The notes: generated from the sequence alone by a model not told the origin. A DNA stretch of 64,000 nt from Octopus vulgaris (GCA_951406725.2 OX597814.1:155682001-155746000); one strand, 5' to 3'; numbered from the stretch's first letter, positions 25,445 to 38,832 are shown. Made by a program: numbers and translations.

Positions 25445-27342
25445 ATTAATAATAAATTCTCGTATGTTTATCTTCCGTCTTTCACTTGCCATAGAGATAC
25501 ATACATACATACATACATACAATCAAACAAACACGCGCGCGCACAAACTCGCACATACACACACATATATATAAATGCGTTGTTTGAAATATGGACTCGA
25601 AAAATCATGTGGATAGGCTCTTATGAAATTCTAGGCTTTTCTTATGAAATCGGTTATCACTCCACGTAGTAATCCACGTTTGTTTCTATGATAACTTGTT
25701 TATAAAGAATAGAGCTATTTTCTGTTACATTTATTCTATTGAGTTGTTTTATGATACGTAGTGTACAATTTTGAAGTTGTACCATCTTTTAATTTCCTGA
25801 TGATCCTACGAGATTATCATTGTATGTTTTTACATGCATTGCCAATGTAGCAGTTAGAATCGTGATGTTTGTAACTTAAACTTTCGCAGTTAAATTTAAA
25901 ATTATATTATTCATTGTATGTTTGTTCTTGTTATGCGTTGCTATGCATTTGATTTATATATACAATAATTTATTTGTGTAATTTGCGCATGTTTAGGAGT
26001 ATCGTTTGATAAATTTGCCGCATTGTTGCAATTCATCAATAGTAATTCATCCGTAGCTTGATTTGCTAGTCAGCTTGAGTATATGTGTATGTGTATGTGT
26101 GGGATATACATACATAGAAACATACATACATGAATACGCATATACACACAAACACATATAGATAGATATAAAACTAAAGGGGAAGAATCTATAACCCTTA
26201 ATATGCAGATGTAATCAAAACTGGAGAGAAATTCAATAATGCCTGCGAAAACAAAAACAAGAACTATAGAGTACTAACAAGGAATAATCATGGAACAAAT
26301 CACCAAAACAAACACTCAAACCGTAGAAAACGGTATTAATTTACTAAAAGGATTTAGCATACCAAACAAGAAGATATAACGATAATATCAGATATATGAA
26401 TAACTAGAAACCCTCCTTCCAAAAATAATAGGATGATAGGCTACAAATAACTCACAAAACAAAATAAACACATTTTAGAGAGCAAGAATTGCAATCAAAA
26501 TTGAAAGTAAAGACAAATGATACAAAGATTCATAGAAATACTGACCCAACTGAATCAAAAGTAATAAATCTGTCGCAATGTACGCACATGAAAAGTGAAA
26601 TAAAAATTTTGGAATTTCGAGTTGAATTACAAGTACAAAACCTGATATAACTGACTGGATAGTATTCTCAGGAATTCTACAGAACATTTCGTCAGTGAGA
26701 TTACTTACATCAAAAATAAAATAAAAAGGCTTATGAAAAGCCATGACTTGTGAAAAACGAAGTCGAATTTAAACCTGAAATGAACAGTAATAATCGCCTA
26801 TAGAAATATATAACGTGTCTCAAGGATCAGCAAACTCAGTCCTACAAATCGTAGAAAATTATACATTAGAAATGAAGAGATAAACAAATATGAATGTCTG
26901 AAAAGAAAAATAAAGAATTATTCCAGGGGAAATAAAAGCATCAGCTGACAAACTATCCTTTTGAAAAAAAAAAAAAATTATAGAAATCTGATGTCGAATC
27001 TAAACCGGAAATAGTCAACACAACTAAAAGCAGCTACTTTTATACAGATTATCTCATAAGAGGTAGGTTTGAGAACAAAAACAGAAAAAAGTGTTTAACC
27101 TGTCATGAAAACTTTTGTGAAAGTTTTCCTTTAAAAAAATATTTTCCTGTTATTTATAACTTTTAATTTGAGAAATCAGTTCTTCAAATATTGTGACTGT
27201 GCGATGACTTATTTCTAAAAAATGAGTTTAATGTGCGTGTGCGCATTTGTGTATCTATTTCTATAAATAAATATAAATTTATGTGTGTGTGTATATATAT
27301 ATTTATATATATGTGTGTGTGTGTGTGTGTGTACATATATCA

Positions 27343-27568
27343 GATGTGAGTGTTTATGAGTGAAACAGCTAAGCTGCACGCAGCTCCGGCAGAGGATAAT
27401 GGTGAACTTCTGCTGACTCCTTCGCCACAACTTTCACTCTTTCCTCCTGCATCTACTAGCCCACTTGCGAAGGACCGGCGTCCCGTCCAGGTGGAGAACC
27501 TATACGCCAATGAAACCGGGAAACCGGTCCTTATGAGCCAGGCCTGGCTCGAGTAGCAACAAACAACC
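27343..27568 (+). mobile_element. SINE family A, lacking the tRNA head
   Basis: Aligns with 1334-1563 (gaacttctgctgactc...cgtcccgtccaggtggagaacctatacgcca...atgagccaggc...aacaaacaac). Confidence 0.9.
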
Positions 27569-27690
27569 AGAAAATGCCACGTGGTTACGAACGGAACCTC
27601 TTGAGAGTACAATCGGTTTAAATGCGTGTTTAAACATTCACACACACACACTCGCACAATTGTTCTAAATGAGTGTTTATCGAAAGTGAA

Positions 27691-28060
27691 AAGTGTGGTA
27701 AGAAGGTTGCTTCTCGACCATATGGTTCCAGGTTCAGTCCCACTGCCTAGCATCTTGGGCAAGTGTCTTCTAGTATATCCTCAAGCCGACAAAAACCTTG
27801 TGAGTTGATATGGAAGACGGAAACTGGAAGAAGCCCATCGTATGTATATATGTGAATATATGTTTGTGCCGGTGGTTGTCCCTCCGTTATCACCGCTTGA
27901 CAACCGGAGGTGGTGTGTTTACGTCCCAGTAACTTTACAGTTTGGCAGAAGAATAAGATAAAATAAGTACTAGCCTAAAAATATTTGCTCTCCTGTCGAT
28001 TTGTTCGAGAAAGACAGTGCCCCAGCATGGTCGCAGTCAAATGACTGAAACAGGTGAAAC
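27691..28060 (+). mobile_element. SINE family B
   Basis: tgtggtaag...ggttcagtcccactgc...cttgggcaagtgtcttct...gacggaaactg...cagcatggtcgcagtcaaatgactgaaac. Confidence 0.88.
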
Positions 28061-28954
28061 ATATTTCCATAAATATGCTGCTTCAGTATTTTCCAATTGA
28101 TATATATATATTTATATTTATGTATATATATGCGTACTTGGATATGTATATGTGTATATATGCGCGCGTGTGTGTGTGTATGTGTGTGAAGGCGCATGGG
28201 TTTTGGTTAGCGTATTTCTGCTCACCATCTTAACGTCATAAGTCCTAACACTGACTACTTCCCAGCACCTACATCACATACCATCATCCTCACACCCACA
28301 CGCAATCTTCCATAGTGTCACCACACATACCACTATATGAGTTGGCACACAAACTGTTCAACTCAGAATAGACACCGCACACCATCAGGCACACTCCCAC
28401 ACCCACATAAGCACATAATACTTGAACACAGACAATAAATACTCCCACACCCACACAAACACATAACACCTGAACACAGGCTATATATACAGACACACGC
28501 AACATGCATTAACACACGCAACATACATAGACGAAGATAACTTTTGCTCACATATATACACCATGCACGTGCACACTGCTTGGTCACTTACACACACAAA
28601 CACATATGTGCACATTCACGTAAAAAAGCACACGTCAACTACTACACACATCAACTACTACACACATCAACTACTACATACAACATACACACACGCACAC
28701 GTTACACATACACACACACACGTCAGAGTCACTCACCCCTATTCACACACACACACATCATTCTCACATACACTCACGCACGCGCACATTCTCTTGTTCG
28801 GATAACCAGCCCTTTATTATCTATCTTTCATTCAACCTCTTTTTTTTCTATCAGTATCTCCCTTTCTCTCAGCCTCTTTTTCCCCAATCATCCGCCATGC
28901 AGAACCGCTGAAATCTCCAAGTTTCATTCTCTCTCTGTTTATTCTGTCTTATTC

Positions 28955-28990
28955 CTTTCTGTTGAAAAGTGGAGGCACGAAACGTAAAAG
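28955..28990 (+). ncRNA. Variant or decayed minimal hammerhead-like motif in a pLTR-like repeat (~28800-29085)
   Basis: cttt-ctgttga-aaagtggaggcac-gaaac-gta-aaag. Stem I cttt/aaag and GAAACGUA are present; the core reads CUGUUGA and stem II is weak. Confidence 0.4.
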
Positions 28991-29087
28991 ACTTCTTCAT
29001 TTTCCCCGAGTTTCAAACTAATACACTTGTTTGTTCTTCATACACCCATCTTTATCGTTTGCTTTTCTATAAATTTCAACTATATAT

Positions 29088-29147
29088 TTCGACCAAAGCC
29101 TTGTGAGTGGATTTGGTAGACGGAAACTGTAAGAAACCCCCGTCGTA

Positions 29148-29210
<63 letters not shown>

Positions 29211-29290
29211 ATGTGTGTGTGTGTGTACGTGTGTGTGCGTGTATGTGTGTGTGCGTGCGTGCGTGTGTGTGTGCTGTATTGTATATATGT
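29088..29290 (+). mobile_element. SINE family B internal fragment with expanded microsatellite
   Basis: gaccaaagccttgtgagtggatttggtagacggaaactg followed by (TA)n/(TG)n. Confidence 0.8.
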
Positions 29291-29334
29291 GTATATTAAA
29301 GTTTATGATCATAAGTCATATTCCACCCACTTGA

Positions 29335-29490
29335 ACGGAATGTCTCTTCGTCACCGGAATATCCCCTTTGTCAGCTGAGTGAACTGGGGTAACTTCAAAT
29401 GTAGTGTTTTGCAATAGAACATAGCACGTCGCTCGGCCCAGGAATCGAGACCACAATCTTAGAACCCCCTAACCACCGAGTCATGCACAT
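29335..29490 (-). mobile_element. SINE family D (CORE-like), decayed
   Basis: cagctgagtgaactgggg...aaatgtagtgttttgc...ggaatcgagaccacaatc is the reverse complement of the 60080 copy. Confidence 0.7.
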
Positions 29491-30788
29491 GCACATTCAC
29501 ACACACATATATATGTATATAGATAAATACATGCATACATATGTGTGTGATTTTCTACATGATTATACATACAAAAGTACACGCTAGTATGCAAATATAT
29601 TAACACATATGTGCATGTATGCCGGTTTATTTAAGAGTGTGGGCGTGTGCGTCCGCGTGTATGCGTCTGTGTGCATGTGTTTGTGTTTGCGTGTGTACGT
29701 GCGTGCATTAATGCTATTATTCTGTCAGAATGAACTGAATTATTATTTTCTTAAAATGATATCCAACGTCATGCAGTAAGCGTCAGTATGCTTCGCAGAA
29801 ATTATTTCGAAAGGTTGCTTGAAACATTTTCAAGTAGTTTATTAAACATATTAGGTGATACAGCAGCTAAAAGGCTATAATTCACATAGTGCTTCTCGAA
29901 GAAGATATTCTCCTCCACCTGACATTGACTGACAAAACGACTAATAAGTTATACTGTCAGTGAATGTCGTGTAGAAGAGAATTTCTACTCCAGGATCAAA
30001 GTGAAGGAAACTGCATGGAATTTACATCATGTACATTTAGGTATGATGGCAAGTTTTCCGAGGTTGTCAGATAGTTTGTTGTCAATGTATATATATATTT
30101 TTTCCGCCAGATATTTTGATGGCTAAATTGGTTTTAATAATAATTTAACCCTTGTCGTTTCATTCAGCTATGCAGTCATCACATGTGATCTGTTTACTTG
30201 GTTTGTTGTGGTATCAGGTGATTTTTAACTTGAACATTGTTGTAAATATGAAAGTAACTTCTAAATATACGTCTACTTCTTTTCAGCTGAGTGTAGAATG
30301 AAAATATTTAGATAAACATATGGCTGCGTTCGTTTATAGAAATGCATGGATACGTTCAAACGTGTGTGTCTGTTCAAACACTTCCAGGGCTATGTAACAA
30401 TATACATTTAGACTCTAATAAAGTTCATGTAACAATGAACGATATAATGTTTTTTGTTTTACTAGAAAACAGCATATTCAGTCATCCTATTTCGCTGTTC
30501 ATAGATCGAGCAGTAGCCGATTTTTTTATTTCCAACAAGGGGACAACATTAGCTCTGTATTTAAGTGGCATAAAAAGTATAATATATTGTAAATGGGTAT
30601 TTCGTGAATACTTTGAAATGTAAGCTTTGTACTCTTATCAAATTACAACACCTGATTTCCCCATTTTTCGTAGCATATCAACATTTCAAAACTACAAAAC
30701 CGCTTATACATATTCATTTCTTTCCACATTATTTCCAAAAATATTCGGCTCAATCGTATCCTCTCTGATCCAGATTACATTTCCACTA

Positions 30789-31720
30789 TGTCACGAAATT
30801 GAACAAGAGAAGATTATTGCAATGAAACTGGAGGGAATGAGTGACCAGAAGATTAGCGAGAAGCAGAATGCCAGTGGACAATTTTCTGAAAGAACCTAAC
30901 GGCTACAACAGAGTTCATGCTGACGGACGTTCCAAGGCTACATCAGAAAGGGATGAAAGCGCCATTGTCAGAGTTGTGAAGAAGTCACGCTGGTCTTCTG
31001 TTTCCAAAATTGACGCATCAGCAGAAGTAGGAGTCTCGACAGCCACTGTAAGAAGAGTGATTTTGATTCATGCCCCCACCCCACCCCCAAGAAGCGGCTA
31101 GGACATCCGTTATTGTCGGCTTTCCATAAAACTTAGATTGGAGTTCACTCGGCAGCATCAGTCATGGGATGGTGAATGGACTAGGGCTCTATTCTCTGAT
31201 GAGAAAAAAACGGAATTTGGAAGGCTACGGCGATAGTAAGTATTAATGGGCAGAGAAATGTATACAAAATGCTACATATTCCAAGTGGCGTAACAGCGGA
31301 GGCGGTCTTATGGTCTGAGGAGCAATATCTGCCAATGGGAAGCAGTCACTTGTCATCATGTGTGGACGTTTCAGTGCTGCACGATTCATCGATATACTGG
31401 ACGGGACTCATATTGACGAAGAAGGAAGAAGGCACCGTAGCGTGAAATTCATATTTCATCAGGACAATGCTCCTATTCATAAAACAAAGATAACTTTAAT
31501 TTTCTTTCATGCAATTGGTGTTGAAGTCATGCTATCCCCAGCAGAAAGTGTCGACTTTAATCCTTCAGAGAATGCCAGGCTATATCTCATGAATATTGAG
31601 TTGATTAACTTTCAAGAGCGATATAGTGGGCCTGCAAAGAGCTTCCACTTCATCGGGAGTATGAGAGCATCTGTCTTTGAAGTAGTTCAGAATGGTGGTA
31701 CTCAAACACGCTATTGTTGA
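30789..31720 (+). pseudogene. Decayed Tc1/Tc3-like DD34E transposase
   Basis: Multi-frame peptides EQEKIIAMKLEGMSDQKIS (HTH), GRSKATSERDESAIVR...VSTATVRR, LFSDEKK, GGGLMV*G and FHQDNAPIH-(D to E spacing 34)-DFNPSEN. Confidence 0.9.
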
Positions 31721-31870
31721 TGAATTGCATGAAAATATCACTGAAATATATCATAATTTCCTTCTTTTATTATATTTCCTCTCTAGGGGTGAGTTTTATG
31801 AATGTGGACAGTATAGTCGCCAGAATAAAACAGACAGTGCTCTGGCTATATAGTTTTGAAGAGCAGTATA

Positions 31871-31923
<53 letters not shown>

Positions 31924-31929
31924 CTATTA

Positions 31930-32185
31930 GATTGAACGCCACGCATCTATTTCCAAATAACTTTATCTTTATCTTTTTGATGCAACTCTATTCTGTACAG
32001 TTTTCTCTCTCATCATTTCTCTAATTTCCTTTTTCGTCCCTTCACAGTTTTCTACCTATCTGTCTGTCTCTCCCTCTTTCTCCGTTTCTCTCTCTCGTTG
32101 CTCACACGTGACCATCGTCCATCCTTCTCTTCCTCACGTAAACATCTTTCTTTTCTTTCAAGACTGTCTTAAGGACAGCACTATC

Positions 32186-32220
<35 letters not shown>

Positions 32221-32375
32221 ATCTTTCCTCTTCTCAAAGAAAATATTTCTCCAGCGTTCGTTATTTAACCCCACCTCCAACCTTCTGGTCTAATGTCCGT
32301 CCATGTTTATTTTCTTTCGGTTCCTTGTGTGTCTCTCCACTTTTCTGTTTTCGTTCCCAAATTTGACACTCCATA
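31930..32375 (+). repeat. Pyrimidine-rich interspersed repeat between (TA)n tracts, possibly a PLE pLTR
   Basis: CT-rich block with cacgtgacc and (CT)n, bounded on both sides by (TA)n; family not identified. Confidence 0.3.
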
Positions 32376-32390
32376 TTTATATATATGTGC

Positions 32391-32456
<66 letters not shown>

Positions 32457-32541
32457 GTATGTATATACATAATATAAATAATATATATATGCTTATATAT
32501 ATTATTTATATTATAAATATATATATATATTCATATATATG

Positions 32542-32615
<74 letters not shown>
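32376..32615. repeat. (TA)n microsatellite field
   Basis: Seen directly in the sequence. Confidence 0.95.
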
Positions 32616-32618
<3 letters not shown>

Positions 32619-33283
32619 AAAATACCAATGTAGTCAGAATGTTGGATAGATATATATTTTTATTTACATTGTAACTGCTTTCTTCCGTTATTAGATTTAG
32701 CAAAAAAGTGGTTTACAGTAAGTTTGCTTAGTCTTTTGTATAAAATTGAAACTGACGATGTTTTAGAATGTAGAGGAGGAATTAGAAAGGAAGGTGCAGG
32801 GGTGAGAGGAGAGGAGACAGTCGGAGATAGAGAAGACGGAGAAGAGAAAAGTAAAGCTTGAGAGGGATGGGAGTAAAGGATGCGTGGCTTTTGAACCAGT
32901 GTGGTCAGACATTTTAGATCAGGTATTAATATCTTGGTTTTTTTTTCCACTTTGTGTCCTTATGGGTGGATGGAAAAGGGATGTTTTTACTCTAGCGGTC
33001 AAAGTTTTTAATTGGAAAACCAGATGTTGTGTTTGAATTTCTCGAATAAGAATTATAATTACATTTCAAGGTTTTGTTTTTAAATTCTTTTCTATTCATT
33101 AATGTAAGGGGGAATAGTTGTATGGATGTGGTCAAATATTTTTTTAATTAAAATTTCAGATGTTGCTTTTGATTTAGCCGTATAGTATGTTGGTATGGTG
33201 TTATCGTACCCTCCATTTATTCCATTTGTTTTTATGGTGTTATTGTACACTCCAGTTATTCTATTTGTTTTGATGTAGGTGTT

Positions 33284-33790
33284 TCAACTGTTTAATTTTG
33301 GTTAGAAATTTATGAAATTGTTTTTCCATTGTCTTTCGGAAGTTTGGGTCGTTCCTTGAACATTTATAGAAGAGAAGACCTTAAATTTTTCTTCTCCACA
33401 TATTTGCAAATGTTGGCTCAGTGGAATCTTACGTAGTTCGTCTTGTCGGATTTGCTGTCTGTGGACTCTCGCGCGTTGCCATAGGAAATTATTGGTTTCA
33501 CAATATAATTCTCATTTCATTTGTGGCAAGTAATGCATTATATGAGATTTTGTGTCTTGTTCATTGTTGCATTTACGTTGAAAGTGAATCCACTCTTAAA
33601 TTTCATGTGGGTGTCCCCGTCTATATATTTCAAGTGATTGTTGCTGCATAGTCCACATCTGTTATCCCCACATTCCTTTATGGAGAATTATGTCTCATTT
33701 TCTTATTTCTTCGCTTTTGAGGTTTCATTATTTATTAGTTCCGCGGCGAATTTTGTTCTTGTAGGAAGTTTTTGAGTTCATCAAGACTAA
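33284..33790 (-). pseudogene. Neptune-type PLE Zn-finger plus GIY-YIG endonuclease remnant
   Basis: Minus-strand joined frames read CGD.RCGLC...FKSGFTFNVNATMNKTQNLI*CITCHK*NENYI(G)ETNNFLWQRARVHRQQIR...LSQHLQICG..KFKVF...MEKQF...PKLN*. The element probably continues to about 32620 and is flanked by (TA)n on both sides. Confidence 0.85.
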
Positions 33791-33792
33791 TT

Positions 33793-33860
<68 letters not shown>

Positions 33861-33861
<1 letters not shown>

Positions 33862-34100
33862 GTGTGCGTGTTTCTTTGTGTTCCTATGTGTGTCTCTGTA
33901 TCTGTACGTGTGCCCCATCACACGTTCAAAACCAGTATCGGTGTGTTTATGTCTCTGCAACCTAGGAGTTCCGCAAAAGAAACCGATAGAATGAGTACAA
34001 GGTATAAAAATGTAAATATTGGTGTGGATTTGTTCGAGATCAAGACCGTTCAAAGTAGTACTCTAGCATGGCCGAAGACAAATGGCTGCAACAAGTAAAA

Positions 34101-34102
<2 letters not shown>
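33861..34102 (+). mobile_element. SINE family B 3' half
   Basis: ggtgtgtttatgtc...gcaaaagaaaccgatagaatgagtac...agcatggccg...acaagtaaaaga. Confidence 0.75.
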
Positions 34103-34141
<39 letters not shown>

Positions 34142-34155
34142 TATGTGTGTGTGTT

Positions 34156-34200
<45 letters not shown>

Positions 34201-35099
34201 TGTATGTCTGATTCATTCACTCTTTTCCTTCCCCAGTCTATATTCCCAACGCACATATATACACAGCCTATCTGCGTGTGTTTTTCTACTGATAAAACTA
34301 AAATGAAAATGCAAACATTAATCTTTTAAGAGACAGATATTCAACTTCTTTGTGCATGTTTAACATGCTACCGATATCAACGAGGCAGCGTGTCAGTGAC
34401 CAGGTTGTGAATATAATCCATCAAGTTATTTCCTATAGTATAAAATAAACCAATGAAAAAAATGCCAACATGTGTCGGTTGCATGTTTCAATATTGCTTG
34501 TGTTTAATTAGCAATTAATATGATGAAGTCAAAGAGGCAATGATATTTTATATTGTTTGCATTGATTTTATTGAATATATTTTATTTTTAGATATGAACA
34601 CTAAACTACATGATATCGGCAACATTATATCAGCTCTACACTATATCAACAGCGAGCCTCTACGCGGTAGCTTGGATAATTAGAGTTAGCCACAAACGTG
34701 CAACGTGTGGTTTCTGAGCAATCTGTAACTATATTCAACCCTTTATGAATAGGATAATATAGATTCTTGTAGAATTTGCCCTAATAACGTCATCAACCAT
34801 AAAAAGGGCGTGATCTTATTAGCAATGCCATCGATAATATTCCTACTGAGTTAAGACTGATATTCAGCTAAACAACAACAATGGCAACGAATTCAACGAT
34901 GTCAGAACGTTGACCCAGAAATACGTTGCAACTCTGATTTTCCTTATGGTAAGAAGAGAAATATATTAAGTAAGTATCAAGGGTACTTATTTACTAAACT
35001 TTTCCTAATCAAGTGCTGAGTATAATCTACGTACAATTAACATAAGCCATTCAAAGAAATCATTCTTAAATATATACACACAATACAAAATGTGATGTA

Positions 35100-36712
35100 C
35101 AGTTGCGGCCAAAATGTTCAGAACGGCATTGTTTTCGTCAGAAAAGTAGATATTATTTTTTATCAAAGTTGTTTTATATTCTATAATTTTCACAAACAAT
35201 GAATACAATATTATTTGTTATTGCCTGAGATTTTGGTGTAATTTGAGAGGATAATACAAAAGTTATGAATGATTTAGTGGTTTACTGCAAAACCCATGGT
35301 GGCCAAAATGATCAGAACGGTTGCTTTTACTCCGTGTTTTAGTATATTTAACCGGCGAACTCTAATGTTTTGAATTTGTTTACATGACGGTTCGTTTACT
35401 AAACATTAGTAAGAATATTTGCAGTGTACTTTGTTAATATAATGCCACTTACTCCGTTACCAATTCGTCAGCAGATTATTAAGCTTCGAAGGAAGGATAA
35501 TTTAAGTATTGGTTCTATTGCAAAGATTGTTAACAAGTCAAAAAGTGTTGTACACGGTATTCTTAAGGTCTACGATGATTGTGGTTCGTGTGAAGCAAGA
35601 AAGTTTACAGGTAGGCCAAGAAAAACGACCAAGAGAGAAGATCGTGCTATGGTAAAGTTGGTTAAAAAGGACAGATTTAAAACTGCTGCTGCTGTTTCTC
35701 GGAAAATGAGCATTGTATTGAAGAAAACTTTATCTCGAAAAACTGTGTCTCGTCGTTTAGTTGAACATGACCGACAAGCAAGAGCACCTGCAGTGAAGCC
35801 ACTGATCAGCTCCAAGAATAAAATGTGTCGTCTTACCTTTGCAACCAAACATGTGTTGTGGTCTCAAGAAAAATGGCAAACGGTGCATTTCAGTGATGAA
35901 TCTAAGTTTATGTTATTTGGCTCGTAGAAAAGTAGGTGAAAAATTGTCGCCTAAATGCCTTAAGACTAGTGTTAAATTCGATGGAGGAAGTGTTATGGTT
36001 CGAGGGATAATATCTGGAGATGGTGTGGGCCCTTTGGTGCGATTACATGGAAAGGTAGTAAATGCAGGAGTTTATAAACAACTTGTAAAAGATCATGTCT
36101 TGCCTGTGCTGAGAAATTCAACTAAGCGACCACCCATATTCATGCAGGACAATGCCCCATGTCACAAGGCTAAGGCGGTCATGAACTTCCTTAAGGCTGA
36201 AAAGGTTATTGTTATGGATTGGCCTGATCAAAGACCAGATCGCAATCCTATTGAAAATGTATGGAATATTCTAGGAGAACGTTCGAAAGCCAGAATTCCT
36301 AAAACAACTGAGCAATTATGGAATGCCCATCAGGAAGATTGGAATAAGATCACCCAGCAAGAAATTGAAAATTTCATTTCCTCATACAGTCAAAGATGTC
36401 AGAGTGTGATTGAAGCTAAAGGGCTTCACACTAAATATTAAATAATTCCAGTATTCTCTCTCATTTTTGATTATTTTGTTATTTTTTCAACCGTTCTGAT
36501 CATTTTGGCCGCCATTGGTTTTGCAGTAAATCACTAAATCATCCATAACTTTTGTATTATCCTCTTAAATTACACCAAAATCTCAGACAATGACAATTCA
36601 TATTGTATTTATTCTATGTGAAAATTATAGAATATAAAACTACTTTGATAAAAACATTATATCTACTTTTCTGACGAAAACAATGCCGTTCAGAACATTT
36701 TGGCCGCAACTC
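35100..36712 (+). mobile_element. Tc1-family DNA transposon, IR/DR type, full length with TA TSD
   Basis: TIRs of about 224 bp (35100-35323 and 36488-36712), each with outer and inner direct repeats ggccaaaatgWtcagaacgg. TA at 35098-99 and 36713-14. Confidence 0.97.
35442..36441 (+). pseudogene. Tc1 DD34E transposase with one frameshifting deletion near 35925
   Basis: Paired-like HTH, GRPRKTT linker, VHFSDESKF, then in another frame GGSVMV and FMQDNAPCH-(34)-NPIENVW...KGLHTKY*. Confidence 0.95.
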
Positions 36713-37605
36713 TACATGGAAAAATTTCTTGAAGAATGGAGTTATGTTCCTTTATGATATTATCTGAAAACACATACTGCGCTACTTTTACCATTTTAAT
36801 CGTTAAAATAGTTAAGTTGCAACAATTACTAAGTGTCTCGTCAAATCCATTCTAACCTCACTCAACGAAAGTAACCTTCTACTAAGTTTACAAAGCGTTA
36901 AATATACGAGCTAAATTTGATCTTTCAGCTTCATATAAATTCTAGAGTTGTTACAGATCTCCTACTCATGCATTATTAACTTATAAACAAATTGCTATTA
37001 TATTGTGACTGCCTTTAGCATAGTGAGGACTATATAGAATAAATAATATGCGTATAATCAACAATATTTGAAGACTAGTTCAAATGCCAAACAAAAAGCT
37101 CTGTCTTCATGTGTTACCATTCTGCATTCAAACCCACATATTTTTTGTTTTGTTTTTGCTTCTATATTTATGGAGTCGATGCATTACGATCAATAACATA
37201 CACTTTATTTCACCCTTATAGAATTATATGAAGAGAGAAATACAAAAAACACCTGTTCGGAAATAAATATTTTATATATTGCATCCTCAGACGAAGAAAG
37301 ACGCGATGCGCTTGTTTTCGTTTTTCTTTTCTTTTTGCGGAACATCTGAATCTTGTTGGAAAAAATGGGCGAAGAACCTCGACTCCTTGGTTAATTTTGA
37401 AATAGATATCCAGTTTTAAAAGTGCACTTAGTTACAGACACACTAAAGACGCCAAGGAATGATGTAAAATGAACAACCTATTATATCTAGTGCCAAACTG
37501 ATCAACTTATCATTATGTATGATACAAAAATATATTTTCTACGAAACGTGATATTTAATCGGAATGATTTGGAATTCGAAAAGAAACATTCTAATATTCT
37601 AATAT

Positions 37606-37615
37606 TCAATTCATA

Positions 37616-37679
<64 letters not shown>

Positions 37680-37689
37680 TGTGAGTTGA
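37606..37689. repeat. Palindrome: (AT)n core with inverted unique flanks
   Basis: tcaattcatagtg-(AT)n-cactgtgagttga; flanks are reverse-complementary with 2 mismatches. Confidence 0.85.
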
Positions 37690-37690
37690 G

Positions 37691-38025
37691 AAAGAGTTCT
37701 CAACCACTTTTTATCTATGGACTCCAATGATTACTATTTTATTCTGGTGGACACCAACAAACCATTCAAGGTTTAAAGATTAGGTTATAAATATATTTCT
37801 TTTAAAATTCTCGTTTCACCTTTCGCACAAAACCACGTGTAGGTTGAACTATGTAACATGTGAGAGAAAGAATCCTAGCTATTTTTTACAATACATATCA
37901 AAACATACATCTAACGCAAATGTTTTCTTTTCAGGGGTCCTTAAAATAATACTGTGGATGCCCAGTTTAGTATTTTGTTGTATGGACCCAAAATAATCTC
38001 ATATGTAGCCTGGTTGAAACCACTG
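37691..38025. mobile_element. Putative hAT/Charlie-like MITE
   Basis: Left end gagttctcaacc and right end ggttgaaaccactg resemble the CAGTGGTTCTCAACC TIR; internal (a)tggac motifs are repeated. Confidence 0.5.
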
Positions 38026-38423
38026 ATCTAAAGAATGAAAGAGCAACAAGCCCGCAGACAGAGCATGAAACATACAATCACGTAAAGGGCAGCAAGATAT
38101 GGATAATACTACATGAATGACTGGCAATGAGTAATGAGGTCTGTCTACAAGCAATAGGAGCATGTTTTGAATTTCGTGTATGAGTCTTTTGCTCCTTCGT
38201 GGGTGTCTAAATTTGGTGCTTATAAAGTTAAACAAATCCAAGCAGCAACACTTTCGTATGAATAAATATGGTGTAATCCTTCTTCTCAATGCTTCATATA
38301 TAATAAAGCCCAAAACAGCACAAAAATTATTTGCAGAAATAGGAAAATATATAATGGAAACAATGTCATATTTTTCTCATTTTTCTTTCCTGTTTTACTT
38401 ATGATTGCTATAATGTTTGCTTA

Positions 38424-38474
38424 TATAAATACACACACACACACACATACATACACACACACACACACACACAT

Positions 38475-38514
<40 letters not shown>

Positions 38515-38538
38515 GTTATATATATATATATGTATATA

Positions 38539-38583
<45 letters not shown>

Positions 38584-38832
38584 GATCTATATGTATATAT
38601 ATATATAAATATATGTATATATATGTATATATGTTTGTATATATATATGTATATATATAAATATATATATGTAGATCTATATGTATGTATGTATATGTAT
38701 ATATGTTTGTATATATATATGTATATATGTGTATATATGTATATGTATATGTATATATATGCATATAAATATATGTACACATATTTATATACATACATAC
38801 ACACATATATATATATGTATGTATATATATAA
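38424..38832. repeat. Compound (CA)n/(TA)n/(TATG)n microsatellite field
   Basis: Seen directly in the sequence. Confidence 0.95.

Noticed and set aside
25797-25825. ctgatga followed by a short stem, a candidate hammerhead (similar ctgacga at about 22149 and in the Tc1 TIRs)
   Set aside because: No correctly placed GAAA box after a stem II, and no stem III.
26170-27050. A-rich stretch with a KVINLS peptide, possibly a PLE N-terminus
   Set aside because: Too decayed; a single short motif is not enough to call it.
30480-31870. TIRs for the Tc3-like element
   Set aside because: The right end ttttgaagagcagtata looks terminal, but only a 10-bp match (ttcaaaacta at about 30685) was found on the left, so boundaries were not called.
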